From NCBI GenBank assembly GCA_000182565.2, contig KQ257455.1: 64,000 bases of DNA. The stretch is one strand, 5' to 3'. The translations under genes were made by a program, and so were the position numbers. Positions 63,729 to 64,000 of this stretch are shown here, piece by piece. Positions within the stretch are counted from its first letter, which is position 1, and each line of letters begins with the position of its first letter. The notes beneath the pieces were generated by a model. The model made no database searches. It was not told the origin of the DNA and saw only the letters and a program-made list of their open reading frames with translations. The DNA comes from Spizellomyces punctatus DAOM BR117. Lineage: Eukaryota.

Positions 63729-64000
63729 ATGAGATTCTTATCGACCTTGACCGTCTTGGCTCTTGTTGGTCTTGGGTTCACAAACGGTATGGAAATTGAC
63801 AAACAATGTTGTACCCAGACCTCTCACGTAACCCCACACTAGCCAATGAATATACACGTCTCGATAAGAAGAATGCAGTGCTCCTTGTAGTCGATCATCA
63901 AGTTGGACTTTTCCAGCTTGTGAGGGACTACCCGCCGGATCAATTCAAAAACAGCATCCTTGCCCATGCGGCCATTGGAAAAGCTTTTCAGCTGCCGACT
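63729..64000 (+). CDS. Secreted YcaC-like isochorismatase-family hydrolase (partial)
   Basis: Signal peptide MRFLSTLTVLALVGLGFTNA, then YTRLDKKNAVLLVVDHQVGLFQLVRD..FKNSILAHA. Not in the ORF track because it is truncated by the window edge. Confidence 0.88.

Overview
Gene-dense, intron-rich eukaryotic DNA with short (~55-75 nt) GT-AG introns and CTAAC/CTGAC-type branch points. Fungal genes (LYS4, MHR1, HSP78, trehalose phosphorylase, NCE101) occur together with the flagellar gene IFT144/WDR19, so the source is most likely a zoosporic fungus such as a chytrid (inference). About 35 protein-coding genes can be modelled, many as divergent pairs. Main findings: (1) a tRNA-headed Pol III-like element followed by four abutting hairpins at 61961-62180, either a novel ncRNA or a SINE; (2) an unannotated spliced locus at 10578-11129 whose long first intron holds a C/D snoRNA (snR62/U34-like) and whose exons carry a 12-codon ORF ending in a UGA-CUA recoding context; (3) a bicistronic MOCS1A/MOCS1B locus where three alternative donors would fuse the two ORFs in frame; (4) a probable poison exon in a glycine-rich RRM gene; (5) LYS4, an animal-type AASS and ISU1 within about 10 kb; (6) overlapping small ORFs at NCE101. 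Gene models were spliced by eye and family calls come from recalled motifs; no database searches were run.
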